From Alphaproteobacteria bacterium (GTDB taxonomy: Bacteria > Pseudomonadota > Alphaproteobacteria > UBA2966), in NCBI GenBank assembly GCA_964291395.2, contig OZ219856.1:1888001-1952000 (forward strand): a DNA stretch of 64,000 nt. The letters are read 5' to 3'. Positions 47,407 through 57,687 of this stretch are shown one piece after another (the stretch's first letter is position 1; each line of letters opens with the position of its first letter). The translations under genes were made by a program, and so were the position numbers. The notes under the pieces were generated by a model. That model saw only the letters and a program-made list of their open reading frames with translations. It had not been told where the DNA came from and did no database searches.

Positions 47407-48434
47407 GGGCCGGCCTCGCGGGAGTCGCAGGACATGGCATCGGCGAAGGCGCCACGGTACCCGAACAGCCCGGCGCTTCCGCCAGTGTGAATGAAGACGA
47501 CGTTCTCGTCCCTGGCAAAACGACCGTTGCGGACGAGGTCGATCAGTCCGGCCATCCCCTTTCCCGTGTAAACGGGGTCCAGGAGAATGCCCTCGAGGCG
47601 CGACAACAGGGTAACCGCTTCGATCATCCCGTCCGTGGGCACGCCGTAGCCGCCCCCGACGTAGCCGCAGTCCGCCACCACCCGCGCCCGCTCGATCTCG
47701 ATGCCCGTATCCAGCATGTCCGCGGTGCGGCAGGCGAGACCGTGCACCCTTTCCTCCTGTACCTCCCTGGGCGCGTTGACGCCGATTCCAAGGACGGGGA
47801 CACCGCTGGACGCGCCTTCGAGACCCGTCACGAGGCCGGCCTGGGTTCCGGCGCTGCCGGTAGCATGCACGACGTGGTCGATGCGAAGGCCCTGCTCGCC
47901 CGCCTGGCCGAGAAGCTCCATCGCGCAATTGACGTAACCCAGGGCGCCGGTCGGGTTGGAGCCGCCGCCGGGAATGACGTAAGGCGTTCCCCCCTCGCCC
48001 CTGATCTCTCCGGCCACCTCGGCCATCGCCGCGTCCATGTCCGTACCGCCCCGGTAGTGACGGATGCGCGCGCCGAAAATCCGGTCGAGGAAGACGTTGC
48101 CGGACCGCGTGAAGTCGGGGTCCTGACTGCCGGTGCGGTTCTCCAGCAGGACCTCGCATCTCATGCCCAGCTTCGCCGCGATCGCCGCGGTTTGACGGCA
48201 GTGGTTCGACTGCGTGGCCCCTTGGGTGATGACCGTGTCGGCGCCGTTTTCCACCGCGTCCGCCATCAGGAATTCGAGCTTTCGGGTCTTGTTGCCGCCG
48301 GTGGCGAGGCCGGTCTGGTCGTCCCGCTTGATGTAGATATTCGGTCCCCCGAGCTCCCTCGTGAGATTGAGGAGCGGCTCGAGCGGCGTCGGCAGGTGGG
48401 CGAAACGCAAACGGGGGAAACGGCCGAGATTCAT
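47403..48434 (-). CDS. D-cysteine desulfhydrase family PLP enzyme, cysteate sulfo-lyase (CuyA)-like
   Basis: [38 protein letters not shown] and LDPVYTGK motifs; resembles roseobacter CuyA as recalled. Confidence 0.85.
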   Translation of the reverse strand: MNLGRFPRLRFAHLPTPLEPLLNLTRELGGPNIYIKRDDQTGLATGGNKTRKLEFLMADAVENGADTVITQGATQSNHCRQTAAIAAKLGMRCEVLLENRTGSQDPDFTRSGNVFLDRIFGARIRHYRGGTDMDAAMAEVAGEIRGEGGTPYVIPGGGSNPTGALGYVNCAMELLGQAGEQGLRIDHVVHATGSAGTQAGLVTGLEGASSGVPVLGIGVNAPREVQEERVHGLACRTADMLDTGIEIERARVVADCGYVGGGYGVPTDGMIEAVTLLSRLEGILLDPVYTGKGMAGLIDLVRNGRFARDENVVFIHTGGSAGLFGYRGAFADAMSCDSREAGP

Positions 48435-48554
48435 GCGAAGCCTTCTCTCGTGTCGACTCGACGGCGGGAGCGCACTCATAGCACGGCGACGCGGCCCCGT
48501 ACGTTTCCAACCGCAGATATTTTGAGGTAGAGAAAGCTGCGGACTGGAGGATCC

Positions 48555-49091
48555 ATGACCGAATCCCCGCCGGCCTGGCCGGACGGCATCTACGCGTCCT
48601 TGAAGGCGCTCGGCGTGCGCCAGGTGCCCTACGTGCCCGACGCCGGCCACACGCGTCTCATCGAGATGTGCCTGAACGACAACGAGATGCGCGCGGTGCC
48701 GCTGACCACGGAGGAGGAAGGCGTCGCCATGCTGGCGGGAAGCTGGCTCGGCGGCCAGCGCGGCGCGCTGCTGATGCAATCGAGCGGCATCGGCAATTGC
48801 GTCAACATGTTCTCGACCATCCGGGTGGGGCGCTACCCCTTGCTGACGCTGATCACCATGCGCGGCCAATGGGGCGAAGCGAACCCCTGGCAATTGCCCA
48901 TGGGCCGGAACGCCGCCGCGATCCTGAAGCTGTCCGGGTTTCAGGTCCTCGACCTCGACGCGGCCGACATGGCCGCCGAAACGGTCGCCGCGGGCGGCCG
49001 GACGGCATTCGAAGCCAATCAGATGGTCGCCGTGCTCATCTCCCAGCGCCTGATCGGCTCCAAGGCGTTCGCGCCGGCGGAGGACGGTTGA
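48555..49091 (+). CDS. sulfopyruvate/phosphonopyruvate decarboxylase alpha-like subunit (ComD-like)
   Basis: [25 protein letters not shown] and RGQWGE motifs. Confidence 0.8.
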   Translation: MTESPPAWPDGIYASLKALGVRQVPYVPDAGHTRLIEMCLNDNEMRAVPLTTEEEGVAMLAGSWLGGQRGALLMQSSGIGNCVNMFSTIRVGRYPLLTLITMRGQWGEANPWQLPMGRNAAAILKLSGFQVLDLDAADMAAETVAAGGRTAFEANQMVAVLISQRLIGSKAFAPAEDG

Positions 49092-49092
49092 A

Positions 49093-49713
49093 ATGTGGGA
49101 TCCGGGCCGCGCCGACCGTTACCCCCTGCGCCGTCGCGAGATCGTCGAACACCTCATCAAGGACATGGACGATCTGCTGATCGTCGCGGGGCTCGGCGCG
49201 CCGGCCTGGGACACGACGGCGGCGGGAGACCGCGACCTCATCTATCCGCTGTGGGGCGCCATGGGCGGGACCGCGATGATCGGTCTCGGCCTCGCGCTGG
49301 CGCAGCCGGACCGTCGGGTCCTGGTCATCACCGGCGACGGAGACATGCTCATGGGACTGGGCTCACTCGCCACCGTCGCCCTCCAGGGACCCGCCAATCT
49401 CTCGATCGTCGTCCTGGACAACGAGCGCTACGGCGAAACGGGAATGCAGGCGACGCACACGGCCGGCCCCGCGGACCTCGCCGCCGTGGCGCACGCCTGC
49501 GGGTTCGAGCAGGCGGCGACGCTCTACGACGAGGAAGAGTTCGACCGGGCGACACCCACCATTCTCGAGGGCGAAGGACCCCTGTTCTTCGCCATCAAGG
49601 TCCGCGCCGAAGAGCCGCCCCTCGTCCTCCCGCCACGGGACGGCGCCCATCTCAAGGACCGCTTCCGCATGGCGCTTCTCGGTCCGGGACAAGGCGTGAA
49701 CCCGGCGGTCTGA
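49093..49713 (+). CDS. TPP-dependent decarboxylase beta-like subunit (ComE-like)
   Basis: WGAMGG and [13 protein letters not shown]...DNERYGETG motifs. Confidence 0.8.
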   Translation: MWDPGRADRYPLRRREIVEHLIKDMDDLLIVAGLGAPAWDTTAAGDRDLIYPLWGAMGGTAMIGLGLALAQPDRRVLVITGDGDMLMGLGSLATVALQGPANLSIVVLDNERYGETGMQATHTAGPADLAAVAHACGFEQAATLYDEEEFDRATPTILEGEGPLFFAIKVRAEEPPLVLPPRDGAHLKDRFRMALLGPGQGVNPAV

Positions 49714-49849
49714 CCGGGTATCGGCCGGCGCGCCGTCCACGCCGAAGCCCATCCCCAAAGCCTTGAAGGCGGCGTGGGGCGCCGCTACAGTCCACGGCCT
49801 GAATTGGGCCTTCGGCCGGCACCAGGCGAGACCACGAAACGCACGGAAC

Positions 49850-50875
49850 ATGGACGTTCGCGACGGATTCACCGACACCATCGGCAGCACGCCCCTCCTC
49901 AGGCTTCGCAAGCTGTCCGAGGAAACCGGCTGCGAGATTCTCGGCAAGGCCGAATTCCTCAACCCCGGCAGCTCCGTCAAGGATCGGGCGGCCTTGTTCA
50001 TCGTCGAGGATGCCGAAAGGAAGGGCCTGTTGCGGCCGGGCGGCGTGATCGTCGAGGGGACCGCGGGGAACACGGGCATCGGATTGGCCCTGGTCGGGAA
50101 TGCGCGGGGCTATCGTACGGTGATCGTCATCCCGGATACGCAGACCCAGGAAAAGAAGGACATGCTGCGCATGTGCCGCGCGGACGTCCGCGAAGTACCC
50201 GCCGTTCCCTACCGGGATCCGAACAACTACGTGAAATACTCGGGACGGTTGGCCGAAGAGCTCGGCAGAACGGAGCCCAACGGCGCGATCTGGGCGAACC
50301 AGTTCGACAACACGGCGAACCGGGACGGTCACTATCGGACCACCGGTCCGGAGATCTGGGAGCAGACGGACGGCAAGGTCGACGGGTTCATCTGCGCCAT
50401 CGGCACCGGCGGCACCCTGGCGGGCGTCAGCGCGTTCCTCCGCGAGCGGAACAAGGACGTGAAGGTCGGCCTCGCCGACCCGTTGGGCGCGGCGCTCTAC
50501 AACTACTACGCCCATGGCGAGCTGAAGGCGGAAGGCTCCTCGATCACCGAGGGCATCGGCCAGGGGCGCATCACCGCGAACATCGAAGGGCTCGAAGTGG
50601 ACTTCCCATACCAGATCCCCGATGAGGAATGGCTCCCCTACCTCTACGGTCTGGTGGAGGACGAGGGTCTGGTGCTCGGCAGTTCTTCGGGAATCAACGT
50701 CTGCGGCGCGGTCAAGCTCGCCAAGGAACTCGGCCCGGGGCACACCATCGTGACGGTGTTGTGCGACTACGGCGCCCGCTATCAGAGCAAGCTGTTCAAC
50801 GCCGAATTCCTCAGGGAAAACGGTTTCGAGTTTCCGGACTGGGTCGAACGGATCGGCGGCGGACCTCAGGGATAA
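49850..50875 (+). CDS. cysK: cysteine synthase A
   Basis: KAEFLNPGSSVKDR, EGTAGNTG, GTGGT and EGIG motifs. Confidence 0.9.
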   Translation: MDVRDGFTDTIGSTPLLRLRKLSEETGCEILGKAEFLNPGSSVKDRAALFIVEDAERKGLLRPGGVIVEGTAGNTGIGLALVGNARGYRTVIVIPDTQTQEKKDMLRMCRADVREVPAVPYRDPNNYVKYSGRLAEELGRTEPNGAIWANQFDNTANRDGHYRTTGPEIWEQTDGKVDGFICAIGTGGTLAGVSAFLRERNKDVKVGLADPLGAALYNYYAHGELKAEGSSITEGIGQGRITANIEGLEVDFPYQIPDEEWLPYLYGLVEDEGLVLGSSSGINVCGAVKLAKELGPGHTIVTVLCDYGARYQSKLFNAEFLRENGFEFPDWVERIGGGPQG

Positions 50876-50902
50876 GCGTGCGGCGCTGACGGAACCGAAG
50901 TG

Positions 50903-51607
50903 ATGGAACGGATATTTCGGGAAGACGCCTACGCCCGGACGTGCGCGGCCACGGTCGTTTCCGTGGACGAACGGGGCATTCAACTGGATCGAACCGTGTT
51001 CTACCCGACGGGCGGCGGACAGCCGGGAGACCGCGGCACTCTCACGACGACCGACGGAACCGCGGTTCCCATCGTCAACGCGGTCAAGGGTGACGGACCG
51101 GACGGCGTCCTGCACGTTCCAGCGGAGGACGCGCCGCCGATTTCGGCCGGTACGCGGGTTACGGCGGAGATCGACTGGAAGCGGCGCCACCGCCTGATGC
51201 GCATGCACACCTGCATGCACCTGCTCTCCGCCATTCTCCCCTATCCCGTTACGGGCGGTCAGGTGGGCGACGAGAAAGGCCGGCTCGACTTCGACATCCC
51301 GGAGGCCAATCTCGACAAGGAGCAGATCACGGCGGAACTCAATCGCCTCATCGAAGAGGATCATCCGGTCGGTTCGGAATGGATCACCGACGAGGAACTC
51401 GACGCACGGCCCGACCTGGTCAAGACGATGGCGGTGAAGCCCCCGCGGGGCCCGGGCCGCGTACGCCTCATCCGCATAGAAGGCCAGGATCTGCAACCGT
51501 GCGGCGGAACTCACGTCCGGCGCACCGGCGAGATCGGCCGCGTCCTGGTCGACAGAATCCAGAGCAAAGGAAAGCAGAACCGGCGCGTCTCGCTCTCTTT
51601 CGTTTGA
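50903..51607 (+). CDS. alanyl-tRNA editing protein (AlaX)
   Basis: FYPTGGGQPGD, MRMHTCMH (HxxxH) and PCGGTH (CxxxH) motifs. Confidence 0.9.
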   Translation: MERIFREDAYARTCAATVVSVDERGIQLDRTVFYPTGGGQPGDRGTLTTTDGTAVPIVNAVKGDGPDGVLHVPAEDAPPISAGTRVTAEIDWKRRHRLMRMHTCMHLLSAILPYPVTGGQVGDEKGRLDFDIPEANLDKEQITAELNRLIEEDHPVGSEWITDEELDARPDLVKTMAVKPPRGPGRVRLIRIEGQDLQPCGGTHVRRTGEIGRVLVDRIQSKGKQNRRVSLSFV

Positions 51608-51640
51608 CGGGCGTCCGCCACGATCGGGGGATCAGTTCCC

Positions 51641-52493
51641 ATGCACTACGCCAAGCCCGAAGCCCTCGTCTCGACGGAATGGCTGGCCCAGCACCTGGAC
51701 GATCCCGAGGTGGGGATCATCGACGCCTCGTGGTATCTGCCCGCGCAGAACCGCGACGCCGCCGCCGAGTACGGCCAAGCACACATCCCGGGCGCCGTGT
51801 ACTTCGACATCGACGAAATCAGCGACACCTCGAGCGATCTGCCGCACATGATCCCCAGCGCCGAAGGCTTCGCCGCCAAGGCCGGGGCTCTCGGTCTGGG
51901 GAACGGCTTCCGCATCGTCGCCTACGACTCGGGAAGCATGATGGCATCGTGCCGGGCGTGGTGGATGTTCCGGCTGTTCGGCTATGACGACGTCGCGGTC
52001 CTCTCGGGCGGATTCGCGAAATGGCGGCGGGAGAACCGGCCCGTCGAGTCCGGAGAGGTCACGCCCGTACCCCGCACCCTTACGCGTCCGCTTCCGGCCG
52101 GAGCTGGTGCGCTCATTGGATCAGATGCGGGAAAACCTGCGGTCCAAGGCCGCGCAGGTGCTGGACGCCCGGTCTCGGGGACGTTTCGACGGCACCGAGC
52201 CCGAAACCCGGCCAGGCCTGCGAGGCGGCCACATCCCGGGCAGCGCCTGCCTCCATTACCCCAAGCTGACCGACCCGGAGACCGGCGAATTCCTTCCCGC
52301 CGGCGAGCTCGAGGCCGCCTTCGAGGACTACGGGGTCGATCTGGACCGGCCCGCCGTCGGCACCTGCGGTTCAGGCGTCAGTGCCTGCGTGCTCGCGCTC
52401 GGACTGCATCTGCTCGGCCACGAAGACTACGCGGTGTACGACGGATCGTGGACGGAATGGGGCGGCCGCCCGGATACCCCCGTCGAGACCTGA
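51641..52493 (+). pseudogene. sseA: 3-mercaptopyruvate sulfurtransferase with a +1 frameshift near 52080-52085 (pseudogene or sequence error)
   Basis: HIPGAVYFDID in the first frame; GHIPGS, CGSGVSAC and YDGSWTEW in the next frame. Confidence 0.8.
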
Positions 52494-52530
52494 CGGCAAC
52501 GTGAACGACGCGGGGCCGAAAGGGAATGGC

Positions 52531-53499
52531 ATGAACATTCGCCCCTTCAGGCCCGAGGACGAGGCCGCGGTCGTCGGCCTCTGGCGATCGTGCGATCTGC
52601 TTCGGCCGTGGAACGACCCCCACAAGGACATCGCGCTCTGCCGCGACAGCGGCCACGGCGAGCTCCTCGTGGGAGAAGCGGACCGGGAACTCGTCGCCAG
52701 CGTCATGGTCGGCCACGACGGCCATCGCGGATGGCTCTATTACCTGGCGGTGGCGCCCGAGTCCCGGCGCCAGGGCTTGGGCCGCGAACTCGTCGAGGCG
52801 GCGGAGCGGTGGCTGACGGACCGGGACGTGCCGAAGGCCGAGTTGATGATCCGCCGCGAGAACACCGCGGCGACGGAATTCTATCGGCGCATCGGCTACC
52901 GGCAGGAATCCCGCACGGTGATGGGCCGCCGCCTCGACGGCGTGCCCCAGCCGGTCGAGCACAATCCCGCGGAAACCCGGCGTCTTCCGCTGATCGACAC
53001 CACGATCACCTACCTCGAGATGTCGGCGCCGCCGGACACGCCGTCGATTCCCGCGCCGCCCATGAAGCTCGCGCTGCTGCGCGCCGAAAAGCCGAGCACG
53101 GCGTTCTACCTCTATCTCTACGACGCGGTGGGACGCGAATGGACCTGGGTCAATCGCAAGCACATGCCGGAGGAGGAACTCGGCGCCATCATCCGGGACG
53201 AGCTGGTCGAGATCTACGTGCTCTACGTCGGCGGCGTCCCGGCGGGGTACGCGGAGCTCGACCGCCGAAAGGAGCCCGACGTAGAGCTCGCCTACTTCGG
53301 TCTCGTGCCGGAATTCATCGGCCGGGGGCTCGGACGTTACTTCCTGGATTGGGCGGTCCGCCAAGCCTGGTCGTCCGGCCCGGCGCGCGTTTGGGTGAAC
53401 ACGTGCACCGAGGACCACCCCCGTGCCCTTCCCCTCTATCAACGGCTCGGTTTCCGGGTCTTCGCCCGGGAAACGACGACGCTGGACCCCAACGTATAG
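52531..53499 (+). CDS. tandem two-domain GNAT acetyltransferase
   Basis: GHDGHRGWLYYLAV...RRQGLG (YpeA-like) followed by YFGLVPEFIGRGLG...DHPRALPLYQRLGF. Confidence 0.85.
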   Translation: MNIRPFRPEDEAAVVGLWRSCDLLRPWNDPHKDIALCRDSGHGELLVGEADRELVASVMVGHDGHRGWLYYLAVAPESRRQGLGRELVEAAERWLTDRDVPKAELMIRRENTAATEFYRRIGYRQESRTVMGRRLDGVPQPVEHNPAETRRLPLIDTTITYLEMSAPPDTPSIPAPPMKLALLRAEKPSTAFYLYLYDAVGREWTWVNRKHMPEEELGAIIRDELVEIYVLYVGGVPAGYAELDRRKEPDVELAYFGLVPEFIGRGLGRYFLDWAVRQAWSSGPARVWVNTCTEDHPRALPLYQRLGFRVFARETTTLDPNV

Positions 53500-53509
53500 A
53501 GATCGGGGC

Positions 53510-53944
53510 ATGAAACGGGTCGAGTCCGAAATCGAGGTCTCCGCCAGCCCGGAGCAGGTCTGGTCCGTGCTCACCGATTTCCGGAAGTGGCCGCAGTGGA
53601 ATCGGGTGATGCCGGGACTGGACGGCGAGCTCGTCGAAGGCGGCCGGGTGGAACTCAAACTCGCCGTTCCCGGACGGCGAACCTCGTGGCAGAAACCGCG
53701 TCTGGTCCGCGTTGCCGAGAACCGGGAACTCCGCTGGCACGATCAGGTGCTCCACCCCAAGGTATTCGTCTCGGAACACTGGTTCGAACTGGAACCGACG
53801 CCCAACGGCTGTCGGGTCCGTCATGGCGAGCGGTTCGCGGGGTGGCTCACCGTCTTCATGGGCAAGAAGACGCTCGAGAAGACCGCGCGGATCTTCGCCC
53901 TGATGAACCGCGATCTGAAGGAGCGCGTCGAGGACGTGACGTGA
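53510..53944 (+). CDS. SRPBCC/polyketide cyclase-like protein
   Basis: IEVSASPEQVWSVLTDF...WPQWN and EHWFEL motifs. Confidence 0.85.
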   Translation: MKRVESEIEVSASPEQVWSVLTDFRKWPQWNRVMPGLDGELVEGGRVELKLAVPGRRTSWQKPRLVRVAENRELRWHDQVLHPKVFVSEHWFELEPTPNGCRVRHGERFAGWLTVFMGKKTLEKTARIFALMNRDLKERVEDVT

Positions 53945-54062
53945 TCGGATTGCCGTCCTCCGCCTCCGGCAACCAGGCCGCCATTCAAGGTGGCGGCCCC
54001 TTATTCGCACCGGACGGTTGGCAGAAGAGAGCAAAGAAGGGTATCGTCGGTCACGGTGGGCG

Positions 54063-54078
54063 TGGCGATGCCGTTGCG
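54063..54078 (+). promoter_or_regulatory. possible sigma-54 (-24/-12) promoter upstream of aapJ
   Basis: TGGCGATGCCGTTGCG has GG-N10-GC spacing but is an imperfect match. Confidence 0.25.
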
Positions 54079-54250
54079 CGGGTAGAAAGACGCTTCGACA
54101 ACGAAATTTCTACCCTGTGACAACGGAGTATGCCGCTCTCGCCATTTCAACATCAGACCCGCCATGAATTATCCGTTCTGACACTTCCGAGCTGAATTCC
54201 GCAGGATGCGGGCGTGGTCCTGATGTGAGATCTGAAAAAGGAGAAACAGC

Positions 54251-55282
54251 ATGAGACTCAAAATCCTCGCACATGCTGCGGCGGTCACAGGTATGCTGGT
54301 GATGGTCGGTACCGCACCGAGCCAGTCGGCGACCCTCGACGACGTACGCGCCGCAGGAGAATTGAAGTGTGGCATCAATACCGGCCTTGCGGGCTTCGCG
54401 TTCACCGACGACCAAGGCAACTGGACCGGTTTTGACGTTGCCTACTGCCGGGCGCTCGCCGCTGCGGTGCTGGGCGATTCGAGCAAGATCAAGTTCGTCA
54501 ACCTGACCGGCAAAACCCGGTTTCCGGCCCTCCAGTCGGGCGAGATCGACGTCCTTTCACGCAATACCACCTGGACCCTCTCCCGCGACGTCGACCTCGG
54601 ATTCACGTTCATCGGGGTCAATTACTACGACGGTCAAGGCTTCATCGGCCGCAAGGCGCTAGGTGTGATGAGCGCCAAGGAACTGAGCGGCGCCTCGATC
54701 TGCATTCAGACCGGTACCACGACCGAACTGAACCTCGCGGACTTCGCCCGCACCAACAACATCGACTACGAACCTGTGCCGATCGAGACGAACGCCGAAG
54801 CCCGTGCCGCGTATGAGGCGGAGCGTTGCGACGTGTACACGACGGACGCGTCCGGTCTGGCGGCCACGAAGGCGACCTTCGAGGACGCCGACCAGCACAT
54901 GGTGTATCCCGAGATCGTCTCCAAGGAGCCGCTGGGTCCGCTGGTTCGCCAGGGCGACGATCAGTGGGCGGATATCGCGCGGTGGGTCCTCAACGCGCTC
55001 ATCATCGCGGAAGAGCTCGGCGTGACGCAGGCCAACGTCGAGGAGATGGCCGCCGGAAAAACGGACAACCCGGAAATCAACCGCATGCTCGGCACCGAGG
55101 GCAGCTACGGCGAGATGCTCGGTCTCGACGCCCAGTGGGCGGTCCAGGCAATCGCGGCCGAGGGCAACTACGCGGAGATCTTCGACCGCTACATCGGTCC
55201 GGACACCAAGCTGGGCCTTGGGCGCGGCCTGAACGCGCTCTACAAGGACGGCGGCATCCTGTACGCACCGCCGTTCAGGTAA
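54251..55282 (+). CDS. aapJ: general L-amino acid ABC transporter substrate-binding protein
   Basis: LSRNTTWT, NYYDGQGF and SKEPLGP motifs. Confidence 0.92.
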   Translation: MRLKILAHAAAVTGMLVMVGTAPSQSATLDDVRAAGELKCGINTGLAGFAFTDDQGNWTGFDVAYCRALAAAVLGDSSKIKFVNLTGKTRFPALQSGEIDVLSRNTTWTLSRDVDLGFTFIGVNYYDGQGFIGRKALGVMSAKELSGASICIQTGTTTELNLADFARTNNIDYEPVPIETNAEARAAYEAERCDVYTTDASGLAATKATFEDADQHMVYPEIVSKEPLGPLVRQGDDQWADIARWVLNALIIAEELGVTQANVEEMAAGKTDNPEINRMLGTEGSYGEMLGLDAQWAVQAIAAEGNYAEIFDRYIGPDTKLGLGRGLNALYKDGGILYAPPFR

Positions 55283-55295
55283 GCCGAACCAGGAT

Positions 55296-55327
55296 CGGAC
55301 TCCTCCGGCGACGGCCGGAGGAGTCCG
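55296..55327 (+). other. strong intercistronic hairpin after aapJ (mRNA stabiliser or partial terminator)
   Basis: cggactcctccggc-gacg-gccggaggagtccg, perfect 14-bp stem, no U tract. Confidence 0.6.
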
Positions 55328-55408
55328 GCAGCCTCCGGCTGTCACCGGAATGAAACGCTCGACATGGTCTCTATTTCGATATTCGACCTCTAGCGAGTGC
55401 CGAGGCCG

Positions 55409-56563
55409 ATGCGCGTAAGCCGCCTGTGGACGGACGCGAGGGCGCGGGGACTCATTTTCCAAGTCCTGTTGCTTCTCGGTCTCGCGCTCGTAATTGCCAT
55501 CATCGTGGTGAACACGACGGAGAACCTGCGGCGCGCCGGTCTCGCTTCGGGTTATGGCTTCCTGTTCGACACCGCGGCGTTCGACATCAACCAGCGGCTG
55601 ATCGAGTACGACTCGACATCTAGCTACGGGCGGGCATTCGTCGTCGGCGGCCTCAACACGATTCTCGTCGCGGTGCTCGGAATCATCGCGGCCACGGGCA
55701 TCGGCTTCGTCGCCGGTGTGCTGCGGTTGTCGAACAACTATCTCATCAGCCGAATCGTCGCCGTGTACGTCGAGTTCACGCGCAACGTCCCCCTGCTGCT
55801 CCAGATCATCTTCTGGTGGATCATCATGCTGGCGCTGCCACGGGTTCGCGACAGCATATCGATCGGCGAGACGGTCTTTCTCAACAATCGCGGCATACGG
55901 ATACCTTCGCCGATATTCGAGAACGGCTCGTCCATCATTCTTCTGGCGATTGCCGGCGGTTTGATCGGAACCATCATCGTCGCGCGCTGGGCCAAGGCCC
56001 GCCAACACGCGACCGGTCAGAGGTTCCCGGTCGGGTGGGTCGGGTTGGCCGCCGTGGTTGGCCTGCCGCTCGTGGTTTACTTCCTTCTCGGCCGGCCGAT
56101 CGGACTGGAGGCCCCGGTCATGGGCACGTTCAACCTGAAAGGAGGGGGCAACATCACGCCGGAACTGACCGCGCTCTGGCTCGCGCTGTCGACCTACACC
56201 GGAGCCTTCATATCGGAGATCGTCCGCGCCGGAATCCTTTCGGTGAGCAAGGGACAGACGGAAGCGGCCGGGGCTCTTGGCCTTCGTCCGGGACTTACGA
56301 TGCGCCTGATCACCCTGCCGCAGGCGTTGCGGGTGATCATCCCGCCCCTCACCAGTCAATACCTCAATCTCACCAAGAACTCTTCGCTTGCGGTCGCCAT
56401 CGGATACCAGGACCTCGTCTCGATCGGCGACACTATCCTGAACCAGAGCGGACAGGCGTTGGAGGTGATCTCGATCTACATGATCGTCTATCTCTCTCTC
56501 AGCCTGATCACGTCCGCGTTCATGAACTGGTACAACGCGCGCATCGCGCTGGTTGAACGATGA
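55409..56563 (+). CDS. aapQ: amino acid ABC transporter permease (start uncertain)
   Basis: RNVPLLLQ, EIVRAGI...GQTEAA and KNSSLA motifs. Confidence 0.9.
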   Translation: MRVSRLWTDARARGLIFQVLLLLGLALVIAIIVVNTTENLRRAGLASGYGFLFDTAAFDINQRLIEYDSTSSYGRAFVVGGLNTILVAVLGIIAATGIGFVAGVLRLSNNYLISRIVAVYVEFTRNVPLLLQIIFWWIIMLALPRVRDSISIGETVFLNNRGIRIPSPIFENGSSIILLAIAGGLIGTIIVARWAKARQHATGQRFPVGWVGLAAVVGLPLVVYFLLGRPIGLEAPVMGTFNLKGGGNITPELTALWLALSTYTGAFISEIVRAGILSVSKGQTEAAGALGLRPGLTMRLITLPQALRVIIPPLTSQYLNLTKNSSLAVAIGYQDLVSIGDTILNQSGQALEVISIYMIVYLSLSLITSAFMNWYNARIALVER

Positions 56564-57675
56564 GCGACGAGCGAGCGTTCTACCGCAGCCAAGCCGAGAT
56601 GCTGCCCCCACGCCCGGCGCCGGCGGCAACTGTCGGGGCGGTCGGCTGGATGCGTGCCAACCTGTTTTCGAGCTACCTCAACATCGCGTTGACCCTGATG
56701 TCCGTCGGACTGCTCTGGGTTGCCGTACCGCCATTTCTCGACTGGGCCCTCTTCGGGGCCGACTTCAGCGGCGCGACCGGAGCGGATTGCACGGGAGACG
56801 GCGCTTGCTGGGCTTGGCTGGATCAACGTATCGAGCAGTTCCTCTACGGTTTCTATCCGGCCGAGTCCTACTGGCGGGTCAACCTCGCCGTCATCCTGCT
56901 GGTGCCGGCGCTCGCCTACCTGCTGTTCGACAACTTGCCCTATGCCCGGTACGGGCGCTTTTTCTCGGTCGCCTACCCGGTGATCGCCGCCGTCCTCCTC
57001 GTCGGCGGCTTCGGTCTCGAGGGTGTCACCACCGACAAGTTCGGCGGCTTCATGCTCAATCTTGTCGCCGGACTCGCGGGCATCGTCCTGTCCCTGCCGA
57101 TCGGCATCCTGTTGGCCCTCGGCCGGCGTTCGCGCCTGCCGGTGGTACGCGTCCTGTGTGTCGTGTTCATCGAGATATTCCGGGGAGTTCCGCTGATCAC
57201 GCTGCTCTTCGTCGCCATCGTCATCCTGCAGCTGTTCCTGCCTCCGGAGGTGTCGCTCGACCAACTCATCCGGGTCATGATCATGATCACTCTGTTCGCT
57301 TCGGCCTACATGGCAGAGGTCATCCGAGGCGGCTTGCAAGCGATATCCCAAGGCCAGTACGAGGCATCGCAGGCGATGGGCCTCGGTTACTGGCAAATGA
57401 TGCGCCTCGTCGTCCTGCCTCAGGCGCTGAAGATCTCGATTCCCGGAATCGTCAATACGTTCATCGGTCTTTTCAAGGATACGACGCTCGTCATCATCAT
57501 CGGTCTCTTCGACATTCTCGGACAGGCGCGCCTGCTGCAGACGAATCCGGAATGGATCGGCAAAGTCGATCACGAGACGTTTCTGTTGGCGGCAGTGTTC
57601 TTCTTCGTGATTTGCTTCTCCATGTCGCGCTATTCGATCAACCTCGAAAAGAGTCTGGACACGGGACGTCAATAG
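56560..57675 (+). CDS. aapM: amino acid ABC transporter permease
   Basis: GACWAW, RGVPLI, EVIRGGLQAI and FKDTTL motifs. Confidence 0.9.
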   Translation: MSDERAFYRSQAEMLPPRPAPAATVGAVGWMRANLFSSYLNIALTLMSVGLLWVAVPPFLDWALFGADFSGATGADCTGDGACWAWLDQRIEQFLYGFYPAESYWRVNLAVILLVPALAYLLFDNLPYARYGRFFSVAYPVIAAVLLVGGFGLEGVTTDKFGGFMLNLVAGLAGIVLSLPIGILLALGRRSRLPVVRVLCVVFIEIFRGVPLITLLFVAIVILQLFLPPEVSLDQLIRVMIMITLFASAYMAEVIRGGLQAISQGQYEASQAMGLGYWQMMRLVVLPQALKISIPGIVNTFIGLFKDTTLVIIIGLFDILGQARLLQTNPEWIGKVDHETFLLAAVFFFVICFSMSRYSINLEKSLDTGRQ

Positions 57676-57687
57676 GGAGGACATGCC

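Noticed and set aside
49089-49095. UGA readthrough joining the ComD-like and ComE-like ORFs
   Set aside because: The downstream ORF is in a different frame, and split alpha/beta subunits are normal for this family
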